Shown here: positions 51,401-62,212 of the stretch, one piece after another
How positions within the stretch are numbered: position 1 is the first letter of the stretch
Layout of the letters: each line of letters starts with the position of its first letter
Assembly (NCBI GenBank): GCA_002633005.1
Contig: NMRA01000621.1
Location: 58,168 to 122,167 of the forward strand
DNA: 64,000 nt
Source of the DNA: Phoronis australis
Lineage: Eukaryota; Animalia; Phoronida
Direction of reading: 5' to 3'
The notes under the pieces: generated by a model
What the model was told of the DNA's origin: nothing
What the model saw: only the letters and a program-made list of their open reading frames with translations
Database searches by the model: none
Program-made: the position numbers and the translations under genes

Positions 51401-54400
51401 ATCAGTACAACACCCAAAAGGTCAATTTAATACAATCACTACAACACATCAAAAGGGTCAATTTAATACAATCAGTACAACACACCAAAAGGGTCAATTT
51501 AATAAAATTAGTACAACACACAAAAAGGGTCAATTTAATACAATCAGTACAACACCCCCAAAAGGTCAATTTAATACAATCACTACAACACACTAAAAGG
51601 GGTCAATTTAATACAATCACTACAACACATCAAAAGCGAGACAGAACTTACTTGGTTGGAATAAATTTCCGTTCGTAATGGACTTCTGTTCAGTCGCTTT
51701 ATGCCATCAACATCAGTCACAGTTTCACTCTGGTCCGACGCCATGGCAACCTGACCTACTTTCCGCCTGAATTCTTCAAGTCTAGAGTCTGACTCCGTCT
51801 GCTCATAGAGAGGTTTCCCAGTCAACCCTATCTGAGGAGCTGCCTGAACGGACTTAGGACGGGCTAACCGTTGTCGAAATGCTGCCAGCTTGGCTTCCAC
51901 TTCGTGATTCTAGCAACAAATTTATAAATAGGTCACGTAACTGATCAAGAAATCTACATGAACATATTTTTGAGTCAAGCCTGTTCCAAACATGCAGAAT
52001 TATCAGTTCACAGTCGACATTATTTTTTGTTGACACAGAAAGTTGTCTTTTATTGTGGTTATGCAGGACCCCACAAAATGATAACTTAAAAAACTATAAC
52101 GGTATTTTATGACATTTTATTTTGAATATTTATATTAAACAAAATTTGGTCGTGTTATTGATGCAGTTGCTTTGCTATGAACTTACCTTTCTTTATCGCA
52201 AAATTTTACGAAAAACACAGTCATGGTTACGTGACAACTAAAAATCTAAATTTACAGGCTTTCTACTTTCAGAAAATATATTTTTTACGCAATCAAAATC
52301 TACAGTTTTGTAATATTTGACTAAATACAAAGATTTGTCGATAAGGGCCCACAGAATCTCAAGAGTTTTGCATTCTTTTTCTTTTTCTGAAGTAAACAAC
52401 CAGATCTGTTTGAGCCACAGTCATTATTGGTTCTCTTGACCTAAGTGGAAATAGTCACATACAGGTGCCCTGCATTTTGAGAATTAGTTTTCTCCACTGA
52501 TTACCAGGCATCAAACTGGTTCTCAAAATTTGGGACCCCTGTAAGTGACTAATGTGAAAATCTCACTCACCAGGCAGCCATATTTAGCTTAGCATAGGAA
52601 AACATAGGCGTACAGAACTACTGCACTTCCACCAAAATGTTATGTGCCAAATGTATGCCTTAGAGGACCAGAAAAATGAATCAATAAAAATGTCAAATAC
52701 TACATTAATCCGTTTATTTTGTTCAAATTTTGTAGACTTAAACATTAGCCTATGGATGATCTTTTCACAAAGTTTCAACCAAAAGAGTCAGTTTACATTG
52801 AATATTTTGTTTTTTCCAAAAAAGTTAGAACATTAAAAACTTTGTGGGTTTGTTAGCTTCAGTCACTCTGTAGGTCACCGCTAGTTGCTCAGCCATGAAA
52901 GACTAGCCTCAATAAACTCACCCTCGTTATCGTTCAATGTCGGGCGTCTTAATGAGCTCATGACAGTCAATGATGTAGAAATTTTAGCATACTTCAAAGG
53001 TGAAAATAACAACTACAATGCACCAAGTCAAAGATGAACATTATAACTACAATGCACCAAGTCAAAGATGAACATTACCACTACAATGCACCAAGTCAAA
53101 GGTGAACATTAAGACTACAACGCACCAAGTCAAAAGTGAACATTACCACTACAATGCACCAAGTCAAAGAACCATTAGCTTACCAAAGATGGATCCTCCA
53201 AGACCATGTGAGCTTTTTGCTTCTCCCTTGTCAGTTCCACTTTGCGCCGTAAACGCCACTGCTGAAGTATGTCGCCCTCTGGTGACCGTGGCGGAACAGG
53301 AAAGAATCTCGCCTCCTCTTTTTTGTCTGAAAGATGACAGCTCAAAACTCACCAGGTGGCTTTAGTGACAGGACAGTCGTAGTTGTGTATACCAAATGAA
53401 TTCAGGTCACATAGGAACCAATTCGTAACCTATTCACACAACATAAAGAGGACCTTCTTGAAATGAACATTGTCACTGGGAAAAGTGACTTTCTGAGACC
53501 ATCCCCAGCACGGATTTGAACCTGAAACCCCAGGAGTCACAGCCTAATGCTTTGCTGTTGAAGCTTAATCTCACTCAATCAATGACAGAGCGTTGGCTAC
53601 TTACAGTACAGTGATAAAAACACAATGGATTTGTTGTATTATATCTAATGAGTTCAACAAGTCTATCCCATCCTACCATAATCCCAAAAATGCATTTTTC
53701 GGCCATAAAACCAATACTTTCTTTTAACAGCACTAAGCGAATTTTAGGTTGAAACTGACTGACTGTCTTCACTACAATTTTTTTTTTCAGTTGGCATTGC
53801 TTTGGGTGGCCATTTTTCCATCTACCATGGCGTCGTGGTGAGCTGAATTTTTACAGAAAAAGGAAATCACAAGTCATAATTCAGGAAAGTGCACCCTCTG
53901 GAGATTGAATACACTTACAATAAGTACGTCCTGTTGTTATGGATTATGTGACATCTAAATTAAAGTGCCGTATATATTCCTGAACTTTTACAGCCTAAAA
54001 GTAAAATTAAGTCGTTACCTAGAAAAGTTCCCTCCTTGGAAGATCCAGTGCATCTACAATGTACTTAGCTATGCTATGTGTTATGAACTATCAGACATCT
54101 ACAATGTACTTAGCTATGCTATGTGTTATGAACTATCAGACATCTACAATGTACTTAGCTATGCTATGTGTTATGGACTATCAGACATCTACAATGTACT
54201 TAGCTATGCTATGTGTTATGAACTATCAGACATCTACAATGTACTTAGCTTTGCTATGTGTTATGGACTATCAGACATCTAAATCTAGGTGCCATATTTC
54301 ATATTGACCTGAATTTGTACAGCACCAAAGTACGTAGTAAGATTTTATTTAGGAAAATGCCCTCTGCAGGGGATGGAATGCAACTAAAATGTACTTAGTT

Positions 54401-57400
54401 ACGCCACCTATTATGGATTATCAGACATCAAATCGTAACAGCTGCTTACCTAAGTATTTTGCAAAGGATGGCTTGAAGGGCTGCTCATCAAAACTGGATG
54501 GTGTTATAGATGATGATGACCCAGTAGCCAGTGAACTGACCGGTGGGGTACTGCTGTTGTCTCTACAGTAACAAACACAAACTTAAAGGTTAACACAAAT
54601 CTATGCTGACTTGCAGGTAGCTACAGCTCACTGAGTTTAAAACAAATGCAATTGTCAAGACCTCTTTAACCCGAAAATAAATACTGCACCGTGAAAAAAC
54701 ACTTATTTTGAATGAGTAAACTTTGCTTTCTGCTCAGCTGATTACCGCCGCTGAATGTCACCTCTACGCCAGGTGAAGGGTAGAGACACCATTTACGATA
54801 TATACCAGTGTGACAGGTTCACTTTACAGAAGCCAAACCACAGCTAGAGATTTCAGCAACCATTCGCCGCAAGCGCACACAACGCCTCCGCTAGCTGCAG
54901 TGACAATCTGTTGACAAAACAGTCAAAGACCTAAATAAATTTCCATGTCACAAAGCAGATTATCATAATGAATAAGTAACAGACAGTGACCTATTCTGCC
55001 ATACAAGTTCATTATTTTGCTGCACTACAAACTGAGGTTTGATCTCCACTAGCCTTGCAACTATACCAAACACTGTACTGCTAGCAGACTAACTCTAAGT
55101 AATTATGACCACATTTTTATGTTTATCTCCTCTACAGAAGGCTAAGCTGGTGTAGTGTTAGGGTTCATGTATCTACTCATTTGAGATAGAATTTAATTGT
55201 CTAAACATTCAAAAATACCCCCCTCCCCCCTTCTCAAATAGTTTTCTGAGGCACGTTGAAGTCTAAGAAATATCATGTGAAGGTTCTAATTTACTAGAAA
55301 TCCCAATTGGTTTTCCTTTTATAAGGCCGTATGTTCAATAGCAAGCCAAAAAAACCGTAGCTGGTTCTGGTCTGAACACCCGGGGCATTTTAAAACCAGC
55401 ACTCACCAAGAAAAAAACGTCCACCGACATCAATTTCAGCCATGCCCCTGTTTTTTTTGAAAAGCTGCAAAAGCAAGGATAAGCGAAGTGTGAAACACCA
55501 AGATTTCCCAAGCAATAAATAGGAAAAAACAAATGCTGTATATATTTTGCTCGTGTGGGGTAGATTTTCTTTTCTGAAATAGTGAGCAACTAAAAACTAC
55601 CACACCAAGTTGATTACAAAAAAATAAAACAATGCTTTTTTGGCCTTACGTCATTTGTAAAAGCCTGGCAGCTCTGTCCTGAATCTTCTCTGTCAAGATG
55701 TCTTCCTTTGTCACCCGTCTTTGTGGTGCCCGAGATATCTGAGTTAGGAACAAACCATCGTTACTTATTGTGTTTGCAAACAACATGGGTAGCATATAAA
55801 CAACATGGGTAGCATATAAACAACATGGGTAGCATACAAACAACATGGGTAGAATACAAACAACAAGGGTAGCACACAAACAACATGGGTAGAATACAAA
55901 CAACATGGGTAGCACACAAACAACATGGGTAGAATACAAACAACATGGGTAGCAAACAAACAACGTGGGTAGCACACAAACAACATAGGTAGCACACAAG
56001 CAACGTGGGTAGCACACAAGCAACGTGGGTAGCACACAAGCAACGTGGGTAGCACACAAGCAACGTGGGTAGCACACAAGCAACGTGGGTAGCACACAAG
56101 CAACGTAGGTAGCATACAAGCAACATGGGTCGCACCTAAATAACATGGGTAGCATACAAACAAGATGGTAGCATACATATTTACAAAACTACAAGGGAAA
56201 CAACAATCAACTGTAGTTTGTACACAAACTTCAAAGCAAGGCAACTGAATTCGAACAGTGGTCATCTGGAAGTTCATTAAAGCCATGTGCAGCAGAATCA
56301 TTGAAAACTGTGTGTAATGAGGTGCAACCTTAGTTTGTTTTTGGCAAGTTAAATCATTCCTAATTACACACATGGCCCAAATGAAGTCACTCTTTCAATG
56401 GAAGCTTTCAACTAGTCACTCTTTCAATGGAAGCTTTCAACTAATTAGATATATTCTAGTAATTTAGTTACCCATTTTGACTTGCATTGCGCGGCATTGT
56501 TAAAATTTCAACAATGTGATACAAACATAATTACCTAAAAGCCGAATTCATGGATCACTGCTTTCATTTTGTGAAAAAAATAGGTCTGGAATTAACACAA
56601 TTACACCAACTGTGTCACATAAGTAATGCAAAATGCATAATTAATTGAGGCCAAGAGAGCAGTAATGATCCATTGAAATATGTCCAAGAACACGTGTGGT
56701 CTAAATTTTAACTGAATTAAGTAAAACTCAAAACTTTGTCTTTTAACCCTTAACATTAAGAATTTTAGAAACGAGAACGCAGAGTGAATCTAAATGAATT
56801 TTGTATTCATTTGATGAGTAAAACCCGACTGCGTGGACTTCAATAGCTGCAGGGCTAGCAGAGGTCAGTTTCAAGGCCTTGCTAGAACAGAAAACATTTC
56901 AGAGGCATGCGCAACATGCAGGATATTATCTACACCGCATTTTCGTTGAAATGTGTTCATGTCCGACTGATGATAAACAGTCATTACATCAAACTGATGA
57001 TAAACGATTGTCATTTTTGAAAATTTCTTTAGATCATTCATAATTGCTCAGCAATACAAAATCATAAAAATCATCATAATTGGTGATGAACTGTGCGTGA
57101 AAAATTATATCAACAATAAGTATGAATTCTAATCAAGCAATATATCATACTTGATATGAATTCATAGAAATGGATGGTATGAATTCAAATAAAATATCTT
57201 TAAAGTCCTTCTCTCACGCGTTGTTAACCCTTATTACATGGTTAGATGTTATAAGGATCCAAGAAGTACCTACCGTATAACTAATACACGATCGTACTCG
57301 AAAACATTTTAAATGAACGCGCCATTCACGATTCACACCCGAAGAACCACCGCCACTTTGAACTTGCCGCGAACCCGGAAGTACAATTCATTCAGGAACC

Positions 57401-60400
57401 CAGACCGAGAAAACGCCGTCAGTGCGACTGGAGCAGTGCCTGTACTGTTACCAGCCAGCAAACGGGGATAAAAAAATCGACAGCACGCCTTAATTTTGAT
57501 AAAATCAAACTACGGACAATTTTATGGAATTTGCTGAAGAAATGTGGCGAATAAATTTTGACAGAAATTATTTTTCCAGACTCGGGACCGCAGCCTATCG
57601 GACCCGGTGCGGATCGAGACCAGACACTGGCGAACGGTAAATGCATGCGGTTGCAAGCTGTTTTGTCGAAGTAAAATGGTCAAATGATAAATGCTGCATA
57701 TATTCAAGGGTAGTTTCAGGCACTTGCATGAAATTACGGGCTGGTTAGTCCTGTGTCACACTGCCGCGGCAGACCTTAGTTAGCCTCAGTCACCAGCTAC
57801 CAGTGAAGACTATAGTCAAAATACAGCTTGTTAGTAGGCCTATACAGCTTTGCGCCAAGACTACCCTTAGGCCTAACTGGTCGCTGGCCACAAACACAAA
57901 AAACACGAAAATTGAACAAAGTTTCTTTTTTGTAGCAACGTTTGTCAAAATGTATCAACGTTAAATCTTCACAAATTACAAAGTAGCCGATTGAACATGC
58001 CTTTCAGTTCAGCAAAAGTCGACATTGTAGGTGCCGCCAGAAATGAGACGAAGTCCAACGGGAATTGTGAGCACATTTATCACTTAATGAGTAACAACTG
58101 CGAGGCTGAAATTTGGTGAACACTGCTAAATCGTGCAGAATAGTAAGTAAAGATATGTCTAACTAAATTTCACCGTAATTTGTTGGCGAAAACAATTTAC
58201 ACAAAGTTTTAAACTCGTAACTCATCCCGCTGTCCTCCAATATGGCCGACGCGATCCAAACAAAGTGACCCAAATTTCGCCACAAAACTTGCAATAACTT
58301 TACAGTGCTTGCCCCGATTTTGATACTTTTTCGATTTTTACTGAGTAGAATGTACTACCTTTCCGATGATAGCAAAGTACTTTTTCAAAACGAGGAAAAA
58401 AATAAAACCGAAAAAAAATTGGTTCGACCCATATTGGTTCCTAGGTTCGACCCGCCTACGTAAGGAACTAAACACTAATGCTATTTTAACATACTAAGTA
58501 CGCGTAACGTTCCAAAAAATCAACGACCACTAATTACAAACTATAAATACACTACATATGCAAACGAATCACGATATATTACTAATAAAACAAAATAATG
58601 AAGACTTTTCGAGGAAGCCATAGCACATTCAGTTACAAGGAAAAAATGGCGGCGTTCAGGACAAGTTCCTGAACTGATGAGCCGGAAACGTGGGTACGGA
58701 AATAGCCGATGACAACCGGTAATCATACGCTCAGAGAGAAGGGTCAAATACTGTTAAAAAATTGCTTTTGGCAAGAAAGGCGAAAAGAATATAAAGAAAG
58801 GGTGTCGAAAATAAGAATTTATGTAGTAAGTATTTTCAGATACTGGAACCACATGGGCAGTTTGCAAGAAGGACTTTAATGGTAAATTATGCAAAACAAA
58901 AATTAGGTGAGTATATTAACAAAATGGCTCCAAAAACATTTGTAAAATGCGAAGTATCCATAGCTAAGCCCTACCTCCTGTTTCCTCAATGGTGGACTGG
59001 CCTGTGGTGAAGCTAATGGTCGGTCCATATCCTTGGGCGTGGAGCTACTTGTTGGGGTCATGGATGATGCTGCCGTGGATATAGGTGATGGAGTATTATC
59101 ACCATTTTTCAACCACCAGAACTCGTCTTCCTCGCGTCTCTGTTTTTGTTCTCGTTGAGCACGACTCTGGGGTGCACCATATCTGAACCTTTCAATGTAC
59201 CTGAAACAGACATGCAGAAGCTGCTAAGAACTTGCCTGTTGCTACAAAATAACTTTTCATTAACTTAAGGTTGGTTACCATTCATGGTTCAATGTTTAGC
59301 ATTACTTTAACACCCTAATTCAGACCCAGCAAAATACACAGTCAAGTCTGCAAACTCGCCATTTATTCCCTTTTTCGGTTTAATTTTTCGACAGAAGACA
59401 GGTATATGTAACAATCAACCCTAGGTCTGAAGGAATATTTTAAACAGCTAAGACACGTGAGGCTGTGCTCTACCTTGCACAAATGTGGTAACTATACTAT
59501 AACTATACTGTAACTTTACTGTAACTATACTGTAACTATACTATAACTATACTGTAACTTTACTGTAACTATACTGTAACTATACTATAACTATACTGTA
59601 ACTTTACTGTAACCGATTGTCCAAATGGGGGCACTCAAGAGAGCAACACTAGGCGAAACTGAGGTGTTTGGAGAACGAAAGCGTGTGGCGATGTTACTAC
59701 TCTAACAACGGAAATCTTGTTCACCTTCACTACTCCGAGGTCGATTCAGAAAGTATGCCAGATCTCTGGCTCTATAAAGAGACCAGCACAGTGCCACATT
59801 GTGCTAATTTCAAACAACAGGCCTCACGTTGAGGAGACATGATGTATTCAGACTTCATGTAAATCAAACAAGATTGTAGCCTACGAGGCCACTCATATGC
59901 AACAGTGGCAGAACTGAATGGAAACTGATGACCACGGCGACATCAGTGGCAGAACTGAATGGAAACTGATGACCACGGCGACATCAACGATCATGATAAT
60001 GAAGATCAGTGATGATGATTGTCGATGACAAAACTCACCAAGAAACTTAGTCGTGTACAGGAGATGGTACACCAACTAACATGGAGCAAAGAATCAGTAA
60101 ATAAGTTTCAAAAATCAGCAAATTGTAACAAAAATCGATGGCATCAGATTGTACAGCTGGAAGAGAGCTATCTACAATCAAAATTTAAAGAAAAACCTCA
60201 AAGCATAGCAAAGTTATGGCTCAGCAAATCAAAAATTAGAAACATATCAGTCACAGCAACATCTTGAATCAAATTCCAACCAGAAAATGACAGGCCTCAA
60301 GCAAATGTGTTGCAATTTGTGCAGAAATTTCATGATGATCAGATAAGAAATGTGACGTGTAGCATGCAAATAAATAAGCAACCAAGAAAACTTCACAGAA

Positions 60401-62212
60401 GGGTAACATACTTGCCGAAATTTTATTTTACCTAGTAACAAAAGTTAAACACTAAAAAGGATCCATGGATCATAAGACGATTTACAGCAAATAGCACAAT
60501 CAGCTTTGCACGAATGAACAGAGGATGTAAGCTACACAAACTTGGATAAGACTGTGTCTGGCTGTCCTCTCTCCATCTTCACTTCAGCAGGTCTCTGATG
60601 AGCCAGAGGTTCCCCGAGTGCTGTCCCTCTGACAGGGTGCTGTCCCAGCTCAGCTGCCCACCACCCACCAGGACTCAGCTTGTCACTACAGGTCAAAAAA
60701 TTATAACCTAACATTACAGGTACAATATTTTTGGAAGAACATTTGTTTTTGGTTGAGACATAAAAAAATTCAACACAACAGTGTTTTTATTTCCAACAGA
60801 TGCATGTAATATAACAGTGCCAGAAAATACGGTAGACGTGAAGGACACAAATTTTTGGAAAGGATAATAAATTATTTTGATTAAAATCTGTAAAAAAATA
60901 CGTTCATTCAAAACAACTGAAGATAAAATGGTTTTGTGAAATATACATAACTGAAAGTCGCCTCTGGTAATGTAACAGGGAACAAAATTCAAAACAATGC
61001 CTCCAGAGAAATATTTACACTTCATTTGAAAAGTAAAACACCCACAAAAGATTCATAAGTGATCGACTACCACAAAGCAAACTGATAAACGCCAATACAA
61101 AAGTTTTTACCAAAGATGGCACAAAGAGTGGACACAACTTAATATTAAGGTACAATCAAAAGCATTGAAACCTAAGGACAGATGGATGTTCCGATGATGG
61201 CCATGACTCGTTGAACTTGAATGTTCTATCCCCCGAGGACTGTTCTTCTACCAGATGGTGGAAAACGTTGCCACCGCGCAGAAATTTGTCATCGACAGCA
61301 TATTGGGCCTCGTCTTCATCACCTTCAGGACGTGATCGACGCTCTGGGCTTAACGCTGTCTGAAAGGAAACCAGAAACAACAAAGATAGAACCCAACAAA
61401 GTCGTACCTTAATGCGAAAAATTTTCCCTGTAAAAATTGTTTGAAAAATATCAGGGATTACTTCCACCAATTTTCACATGAGATCGGCACCATTCACGTG
61501 AGATCGGCACCATTCACGTGAGATCGGCACCATTCACGTGAGATCGGCACCATCCACGTGAGATCGGCACCATCCACGTGAGATCGGCACCATCCACGTG
61601 AGATCGGCACCATCCACGTGAGATCGGCACCATCCACGTGAGATCGGCACNGTCTGAAAGGAAACCAGAAACAACAAAGATAGAACCCAACAAAGTCGTA
61701 CCTTAATGCGAAAAATTTTCCCTGTAAAAATTGTTTGAAAAATATCAGGGATTACTTCCACCAATTTTCACATGAGATCAGGACCATTCACATGAGATCG
61801 GCACCATTCACGTGAGATCGGCACCATCCACGTGAGATCGGCACTATCCACATGAGATCGGCACTATCCACACATGAGATCAGCACTATCCACATGAGAT
61901 CAGCACTATCCACATGAGATCAGCACTATCCACACATGAGATCGGCACTATTCNACTATTCACACATGAGATCAGCACTATTCACACATGAGATCAGCAC
62001 TATTCACATGAGACCAGCACTATCCACATGAGATCAGCACTATTCACATGAGATCAGCACTATCCACATGAGATCAGCACTATCCACATGAGATCAATAC
62101 TAATCACACATTTTTCTGCAGCTTCAATACCTTGCGTTCTTTTGCCGTGAGTTCTCTTTGAGCTGTAGGGTAATAAAACGGCCTGGGCTGTGGTTCTACA
62201 TAGAAAGGGTCT
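30365..62212 (-). CDS. PROSER3: Proline- and serine-rich protein 3 (PROSER3/C19orf55)-like gene, 12 coding exons identified, 5' end unresolved
   Basis: Twelve GT-AG exons join with consistent phases (2251 nt). Their motif blocks occur in the same order as in human PROSER3 as I recall it: TALSPER, FNESWPSS, DTVLSKYIERFR..FWWL, IQDRAARLL, PEGDILQQWRLRRKVE, QVVRTRLF and SDDEFSEDLLLTQLRQQR. Confidence 0.88.
30464..30720. mobile_element. Tc1/pogo-like MITE, with related fragments at 41877-42000, 29478-29515 and 36182-36297
   Basis: Termini CGGTAATTCCACATATTTCACACAA / TTGTGTGCTAAATAAGTGAAGAATTACCGTA; shared internal TTTTTCAAAGGC..ATTACTTTG. Confidence 0.5.
30950..31160 (+). mobile_element. tRNA-derived SINE-like copy
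   Basis: A box GTGGCCTAGTGG, B box GTTCGAGTCCC, then CCCTTGAGCAAG core and AAATGGTTCCAGG tail. Confidence 0.7.
32337..32436. mobile_element. MITE family B (about 100-bp palindrome) copy
   Basis: GTCACTTACAGGG..TGAGAACCAGTTT...AAACTGGTTCTCAAA..CCCCTG. Confidence 0.7.
33006..33148. repeat. 48-bp minisatellite x3
   Basis: CAACCGATCATTG...GCCACTATGATGGGAGTTCC. Confidence 0.9.
33351..33435 (-). CDS. PROSER3: PROSER3-like exon (EVSSDDEFSEDLLLTQLRQQRSVYEEQLR)
   Basis: TTTTCAG acceptor, AG|GTGAGT donor, conserved C-terminal acidic/coiled-coil block. Confidence 0.88.
34018..34117. mobile_element. MITE family B copy
   Basis: Same palindrome, TA-flanked. Confidence 0.7.
36182..36294. repeat. About 37-bp tandem repeat x3 derived from a MITE terminus
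   Basis: CATCGGCCATATTGTGTCCTAAATAGGTCAGATTTTA. Confidence 0.9.
36650..36810 (+). mobile_element. Non-LTR retrotransposon ORF2 3' remnant (CCHC knuckle)
   Basis: HKLKGEMGRHNK...NR..FC / VEDKLHILLVCNTYADLRQQYI, with a frameshift. Confidence 0.6.
39252..39358. repeat. 21-bp minisatellite x5
   Basis: ACATCCACTCCAGTGACCAAC. Confidence 0.92.
39513..39776. repeat. About 38-bp minisatellite x7
   Basis: CTACACAATTACCAACACTAATATAATATAACATGTCT. Confidence 0.92.
40058..40365. repeat. 18-bp minisatellite, about 17 copies
   Basis: GCTACAGCCCACAGTAG(T/C). Confidence 0.95.
42917..43010 (-). CDS. PROSER3: PROSER3-like exon (VVRTRLFVDHEAS...ETCE)
   Basis: TTTAG acceptor, G|GTAGGT donor, phase 0 to 1. Confidence 0.8.
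43250..44835 (+). mobile_element. Kolobok-like non-autonomous DNA transposon with a decayed THAP-like frame
   Basis: TTAA on both sides (43246-43249 and 44836-44839). 14-bp TIRs AGGAGAATGCCACC / GGTGGCATGCTCCT match 13/14. The internal frameshifted MPLCCGA...VYHF / LLPRESEMLRKWL resembles a THAP N-terminus. Confidence 0.72.
44854..45075 (+). mobile_element. tRNA-derived SINE-like copy
   Basis: GTGTGGCCTAGTGG...GTTTGAATCCCACTG...AAATGAAAAATGGTTTCAGG. Confidence 0.7.
45131..45704. other. Assembly gap adjoining a 27-bp tandem repeat
   Basis: N run preceded by TGCAACATGCACATTAGTAAGACCACC repeats. Confidence 0.98.
46652..46792 (-). mobile_element. MITE family A copy, inverted
   Basis: Same TIRs; internal motif is reverse-complemented (AAAAGCAAGACTTTGCGAGATTAC). 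Confidence 0.75.
48004..48792 (-). CDS. PROSER3: PROSER3-like large exon (NQTPPTH...VADTIEQ, 263 aa)
   Basis: TTACAG acceptor, CAG|GTAGTT donor, 789 nt open, phase 0 to 0. Confidence 0.85.
49141..49355 (+). mobile_element. tRNA-derived SINE-like copy
   Basis: GTGTGGCCTAGTGG...TCCCACTGG..CCCTTGAG...AAATGAAAAATGGTTTCCAG. Confidence 0.65.
49417..49568. repeat. 18-bp minisatellite, about 8 copies
   Basis: GTTACACA(G/A)TAGTTTTGT. Confidence 0.95.
49651..50419. repeat. 24-bp minisatellite, about 32 copies
   Basis: CAAGAGTGCCATGCATCTACAGAT, nearly perfect. Confidence 0.97.
50691..50763 (-). pseudogene. tRNA-like element (Ala-like, GGC anticodon), probably repeat-derived
   Basis: D arm GCTC/GAGC, anticodon stem CTAGA/TCTAG, GGTTCGATTCC B box, downstream T run; acceptor and T stems are imperfect. 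Confidence 0.65.
50915..51202. mobile_element. Inverted-repeat (MITE-like) element
   Basis: Arms of about 75 bp including TGCCTGCACTCACAAAACA / TGTTTTGTGAGTGCAGGCA. Confidence 0.55.
51308..51635. repeat. About 35-bp minisatellite, about 9 copies
   Basis: AAAAGGGTCAATTTAATACAATCAGTACAACACAC. Confidence 0.92.
51652..51909 (-). CDS. PROSER3: PROSER3-like exon (NHEVEAKLAAFRQRL...EIYSNQ)
   Basis: GCTAG acceptor, GTAAGT donor, 258 nt, phase 0 to 0. Confidence 0.85.
52452..52551. mobile_element. MITE family B copy
   Basis: TAGTCACATACAGG...CCTGTAAGTGACTA. Confidence 0.72.
53011..53169. repeat. About 34-bp minisatellite x5
   Basis: ACTACAATGCACCAAGTCAAAGATGAACATTACC. Confidence 0.9.
53184..53326 (-). 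CDS. PROSER3: PROSER3-like exon (DKKEE...PEGDILQQWRLRRKVE...DPSL)
   Basis: TTTCAG acceptor, GTAAGC donor; carries the hallmark DILxQWRxRRK motif, in a different frame from the ORF track. Confidence 0.9.
54051..54281. repeat. 45-bp minisatellite x5
   Basis: CATCTACAATGTACTTAGCTATGCTATGTGTTATGAACTATCAGA. Confidence 0.95.
54450..54562 (-). CDS. PROSER3: PROSER3-like exon (DNSSTPPVSS...PFKPSFAKYL)
   Basis: TGTAG acceptor, GTAAGC donor, phase 2 to 1. Confidence 0.85.
55650..55738 (-). CDS. PROSER3: PROSER3-like exon (ISRAPQ...TEKIQDRAARLLQM)
   Basis: CTCAG acceptor, GTAAGG donor, phase 0 to 2. Confidence 0.88.
55777..56178. repeat. 20-bp minisatellite, about 20 copies
   Basis: CAAC(A/G)TGGGTAGCACACAA(A/G). 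Confidence 0.95.
58975..59200 (-). CDS. PROSER3: PROSER3-like exon (YIERFRYGAPQSR...EFWWLKN...LRKQE)
   Basis: TTTCAG acceptor, GAG|GTAGGG donor; carries the hallmark motif. Confidence 0.9.
59488..59613. repeat. 10-bp minisatellite
   Basis: TACTGTAACT(A/T) variants. Confidence 0.9.
60542..60685 (-). CDS. PROSER3: PROSER3-like exon (DKLSPGGWW...QPDTVLSK)
   Basis: TGTAG acceptor, GTTTGT donor, 144 nt, joins into KYIERFR. Confidence 0.82.
61172..61359 (-). CDS. PROSER3: PROSER3-like exon (TALSPERRS...FNESWPSSEHPSVL)
   Basis: TTTCAG acceptor; weak AG|GTTTCA donor whose phase 2 matches the next exon. Confidence 0.82.
61476..62096. repeat. 20-bp minisatellite array with N joins
   Basis: GAGATC(G/A)GCAC(C/T)AT(C/T)CAC(G/A)T. 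Confidence 0.93.
62131..62212 (-). CDS. PROSER3: PROSER3-like exon (DPFYVEPQPRPFYYPTAQRELTAKERK)
   Basis: TTCTTCAG acceptor, AAG|GTATTG donor, phase 2 to 0. Confidence 0.8.

Noticed and set aside
55761-56373. Cys/hydrophobic repeat ORFs
   Set aside because: 20-bp minisatellite; only 55650-55738 is a real exon
58674-58715. CTGATGA...GAAA hammerhead-like words
   Set aside because: No stem II closing pair and no stem I or III pairing
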